Shown one piece after another: positions 40,548 through 43,500 of a DNA stretch of 43,500 nt. Position 1 is the first letter of the stretch, and every line of letters starts with the position of its first letter. A model generated the notes under the pieces. The model saw nothing but the letters and a program-made list of their open reading frames with translations, was not told the origin of the DNA and ran no database searches. This stretch comes from Betaproteobacteria bacterium. GTDB taxonomy: Bacteria; Pseudomonadota; Gammaproteobacteria; Burkholderiales; SG8-41. The position numbers and the translations under genes are program-made. The stretch is from contig JACQOK010000121.1 of the NCBI GenBank assembly GCA_016202565.1, positions 1 to 43,500 of the forward strand, given 5' to 3'.

Positions 40548-41341
40548 AATTCATCCGCTCGCGCAGCAATCCGCTCTTCAAGTCACTGCTGAAGCTCAAG
40601 GCATCGCCGCGCGAGCGGCGCAGCGAGGGCAGCGCGTTGCTCGACGGCGCCCATCTCGTTGCCGCCTACCTCGACCGCGTGGGCAAGCCGCGGGCGCTAG
40701 CGGTCAGTGCCGGCGCAACCGAAACGCCGGAGATCAAGCGATTGTTGGGACAGGTGCAATCGCTCGAACCCATCGTTCTGAGCGAGGGGCTGTTCCGCGA
40801 ACTTTCCCCGGTTACCACGCCATCCGGCATTCTTGCCGTCGTGGCGATTCCGGCTGCGCAGTCGGTGCCCCCCGATGCCGATTGCTGTCTGTTGCTCGAC
40901 GACATCCAGGATCCCGGCAATCTCGGCTCAATTCTGCGCAGCGCAGCGGCAGCGGGGGTGCGGCATGTGCTGCTGTCCCGAGGCTGTGCCGACGCCTGGT
41001 CGCCGCGGGTGCTGCGGGGTGCGATGGGGGCGCATTATCTGCTCGTCATCGAGGAGCGCGCGAATCTACCCGCGTTTGCTCGCGATTACCAAGGCCAAGT
41101 GGTGGCTACTGCAGCCGATGCGGGACAGTCGATCTTTGAAATCGACTTGACGCGGCCAACGGCGTTCGTCGTGGGAAACGAGGGGGCGGGACTGTCGCGC
41201 GAACTGGCGGGTCAAGCCGATGTCTCGGCCGCCGTGCCCATGCCGGGGGGCATGGAATCGATCAACGTGGGGGCCGCGGTTGCCGTCTGCCTGTTTGAGC
41301 GGGTCCGGCAGCTACGAACAGTGCAGAGTGCAAAGCAATGA
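40544..41341 (+). CDS. SpoU/TrmH-family RNA 2'-O-methyltransferase (RlmB-like)
   Basis: ORF 40412..41341. The start is placed at GTG 40544 (VKFIRSRSNPLFKSLLKLK), overlapping the upstream stop as GTGA. It has SpoU motifs LLDDIQDPGNLGSILRSAAAAG, VVGNEGAGLS and ESINVGAAVAVCLFE. Confidence 0.85.
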   Translation: MKFIRSRSNPLFKSLLKLKASPRERRSEGSALLDGAHLVAAYLDRVGKPRALAVSAGATETPEIKRLLGQVQSLEPIVLSEGLFRELSPVTTPSGILAVVAIPAAQSVPPDADCCLLLDDIQDPGNLGSILRSAAAAGVRHVLLSRGCADAWSPRVLRGAMGAHYLLVIEERANLPAFARDYQGQVVATAADAGQSIFEIDLTRPTAFVVGNEGAGLSRELAGQADVSAAVPMPGGMESINVGAAVAVCLFERVRQLRTVQSAKQ

Positions 41342-41400
41342 GCGCAGGCTGTCGCGTGCCGGGTGATGACAGACAACTCTGCACTTTGCACTCGTCATTC
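41321..41400. repeat. Heptamer-tandem inverted repeat (hairpin locus D, weaker)
   Basis: The left arm is GTGCAGA GTGCAAA GCAATGA (41321-41341, spanning the methyltransferase stop). The right arm is TCTGCAC TTTGCAC TCGTCAT TCACC (41378-41400). The best continuous complement is 10 bp, GAGTGCAAAG (41326-41335) with CTTTGCACTC (41384-41393). It lies between convergent genes. Confidence 0.55.
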
Positions 41401-41408
41401 ACCGCTCC

Positions 41409-42233
41409 TCAGTAGATCCGCCGCACGAGCTTCGCTTCAAGCAGAATGGTGGTGGCGAGCTCTTCGACCGATTTGGTGGTGACGTCGAGCACGCGGATGC
41501 CTTCCTGGCGCATCAGCGCCTCGGCTTCGCGCACCTCGAACTCGCAGTTCGAGAGCGTTGCGTACTTGCTGCCGGGACGGCGTTCATTGCGAATCTGCTG
41601 CAACCGTTCCGGCCTGATGGTGAGGCCGTATAGACGCTGGCGCAGCGGCCGCAACTGGGCGGGCAGCTGCATGGTGCTGAAGTCTTCCGGGATCAGCGGA
41701 TAGTTGGCGGCACGGATGCCGTACTGCATGGCGAGGTAAAGACAGGTAGGCGTCTTGCCGCACCGCGAAACACCGACGAGAATGACGTCCGCTTCCGTGA
41801 GATCGCGCGTCGACACCCCGTCATCGTGAGACAGCGTGTAGTTTACCGACTCGATGCGGTGATGGTAGTTCACGAAATCGTTGACGCTGTGGCTGCGGCC
41901 GATCGCATGCGAAGCCCTCACGCCGAGTTCCTTCTCCAGCGGTGAGATGAATATCTCGAAGCAATCCAGGAACAGCGCGTTGGCGGTGCTCACCACCTCG
42001 GCGATGTCGCTGTTGACCAGCGTGCTGATCACGATCGGGCGCACGCCGTCTTTGTCCGCAAACTCGTTGATCTGCCTGACCACGTCTCGGGCTTTTTCCA
42101 CGGAATCCACGAACGGCAGCGTCACTTCCTGGAAGCGCACGCTTTCGAACTGCGTGAGCAGGCTGTGCCCCAGCATTTCGGCGGTAATGCCGGTGCGATC
42201 CGAAAGAAAAAATGCGGTGCGTTTGTCGGGCAT
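41409..42233 (-). CDS. ppsR: Phosphoenolpyruvate synthase regulatory protein (pyruvate, water dikinase kinase/phosphorylase, DUF299)
   Basis: ORF 41409..42233. [24 protein letters not shown]-loop [15 protein letters not shown] and ANYPLIPED. Confidence 0.9.
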   Translation of the reverse strand: MPDKRTAFFLSDRTGITAEMLGHSLLTQFESVRFQEVTLPFVDSVEKARDVVRQINEFADKDGVRPIVISTLVNSDIAEVVSTANALFLDCFEIFISPLEKELGVRASHAIGRSHSVNDFVNYHHRIESVNYTLSHDDGVSTRDLTEADVILVGVSRCGKTPTCLYLAMQYGIRAANYPLIPEDFSTMQLPAQLRPLRQRLYGLTIRPERLQQIRNERRPGSKYATLSNCEFEVREAEALMRQEGIRVLDVTTKSVEELATTILLEAKLVRRIY

Positions 42234-42419
42234 GCGTTACGGCAGCGGATGGAACCGGTAAAATATCCTGTTTTGAAATCCCGCACAATTCACCGGCATT
42301 CCCGCTTGAGCGATTCGCGGTCGCCTCGGAGAGCCGTCCGGCGCGATAACGGGGTTGTAACCGGGGGCTCGTGGGTCGGCCTCGCGCCAGCGGTTGCGGC
42401 AGTCGGGGGTTGAAATCCG

Positions 42420-43500
<1,081 letters not shown>

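Overview
High-GC (about 60-65% by eye) chromosomal segment. Almost all of it is conserved housekeeping genes in a beta/gamma-proteobacterial type of synteny. Order: acetate-CoA ligase-like fragment (left edge, minus), SRP RNA (ffs), pagL, dnaX-ybaB-recR, rluB, prmB, an orphan pilU-like ATPase, dapD-dapC, queF, smc-zipA-ligA, galU, a DsrE-like protein, hpt, an MTA/MTI phosphorylase and def. Then glnD-map lie divergent from the long cluster rpsB-tsf-pyrH-frr-uppS-cdsA-dxr-rseP-bamA-skp-lpxD-fabZ-lpxA-lpxB-rnhB. The window ends with a small membrane protein, a divergent glycosyltransferase / EgtB-family pair, a SpoU-family RNA methyltransferase, ppsR and the 5' part of pyrG. No CRISPR array, tRNA, rRNA, transposase or integrase is visible. 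Six things merit a second look. (1) The SenB-like / SenA-like gene pair at 38.2-40.5 kb is a candidate selenoneine-type pathway with no selD in the window, and is the only clearly accessory cassette. (2) Four intergenic hairpins share one unusual design: tandem heptamers facing tandem complementary heptamers. Three of them end within 1-10 nt of the next start codon. (3) A 269-bp element with nested inverted repeats sits exactly between lpxA and lpxB. (4) An A9 run in dnaX is followed by a stop three codons into the -1 frame, a candidate tau/gamma recoding site. (5) An 80-bp, 31% GC, in-frame patch lies inside smc. (6) ffs lies inside the 5' extension of a track ORF. Long antisense ORFs in the track are treated as high-GC shadow ORFs.
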